The translations under genes and the position numbers were made by a program. A stretch of 64,000 nt of DNA from Lingula anatina (Eukaryota > Animalia > Brachiopoda), in NCBI GenBank assembly GCA_051362555.1, contig CM120640.1:2914001-2978000 (forward strand), read 5' to 3'. The notes under the pieces were generated by a model, which saw only the letters and a program-made list of their open reading frames with translations, was not told where the DNA came from and did not search any database. Below are positions 63,327-64,000 of this stretch, one piece after another. The stretch's first letter is position 1. Every line of letters begins with the position of its first letter.

Positions 63327-63880
63327 TACCCCATTCACACTACGCTCAGTTATCCGGATAAGTTGCGAATTAGGTCACAATTCGAATAAATGCAGTAGTG
63401 TGAACGCAAGAGGATTTCTGTATTGCGCATTTTCAAAATCCTGCAAGCGAGGTGGATTTCTAAGCACGATCCGGATAACTTACCGGAATCGACACCTGTA
63501 CAGATCTTACTGCGCATGTGTGCAGATAAGTGCGGGTATCTATGAACGCTTGTTTATTACTTTAGCGATTGCACCAAACATATTTGGAGGTCACCACTCA
63601 CTACAACATGAGGAAACAAACTTATCTTGCCATCTTATGCTTCCCAAGAATGCTGGCATGTCTTTTTGAGATACATTTGCCGTCACATTTTTTTGTTGGC
63701 ATTTTGAGTTTTCCTGTGCGGAGCATGCGCAAATGTTCAAAACAGGAAGTTAAACCTGAAATTTTCAACATGGGATTCGGTTTCGCTTCGCGAGTGTGAA
63801 CACAATACCGAATCGGATTCCTCACGAAAAATCCAAATTATAGAAATGCGCATTTTTGCAACTGTAGTGTGAATGGGGTA
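63327..63880 (+). mobile_element. MITE of about 554 bp, PIF/Harbinger-like, copy 2
   Basis: TIRs taccccattcacactac / gtagtgtgaatggggta, colinear with 33092-33644. Confidence 0.88.
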
Positions 63881-64000
63881 TAAGACATCTTGTTGCTTCC
63901 TGAACTTAAACTGAACTCAGACTTTTCTAAAAGTTTATTTCACACTCAGTAAGTTCATAGCTGTGAAGAAAAACATCTCTATGTTTGCTGTTGTTGTTAT

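Overview
AT-rich, intron-rich animal genomic DNA, most likely a mollusc or other lophotrochozoan. I rebuilt four spliced genes by hand from GT/AG boundaries and phase continuity. (1) A complete P5B-type ATPase (ATP13A2/3 family, minus strand, 7848-37102, about 1200 aa). It has a duplicated, probably mutually exclusive N-domain exon pair and a 60-bp array of decoy splice donors. (2) The 5' part of a tandem paralogue of that ATPase (minus, 393-5612, running off the left edge). (3) An 8-exon, 503-aa voltage-sensor-only protein of the Hv proton-channel family (minus, 39531-45428). The ORF track shows only fragments of it. It has an S1 Asp, a degenerate S4 (VPWRVIR) and an S2 lacking the usual Phe and Glu. 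(4) CPSF6/CFIm68 (plus, from 47436, running off the right edge), head-to-head with the channel gene. Introns hold a young but disabled BEL/Pao LTR retrotransposon, a Helentron-type non-autonomous element carrying a 146-bp satellite array, a Tc1/mariner relic and many MITEs. Most short ORFs in the supplied track are spurious. Everything here was read by eye, with no database searches.
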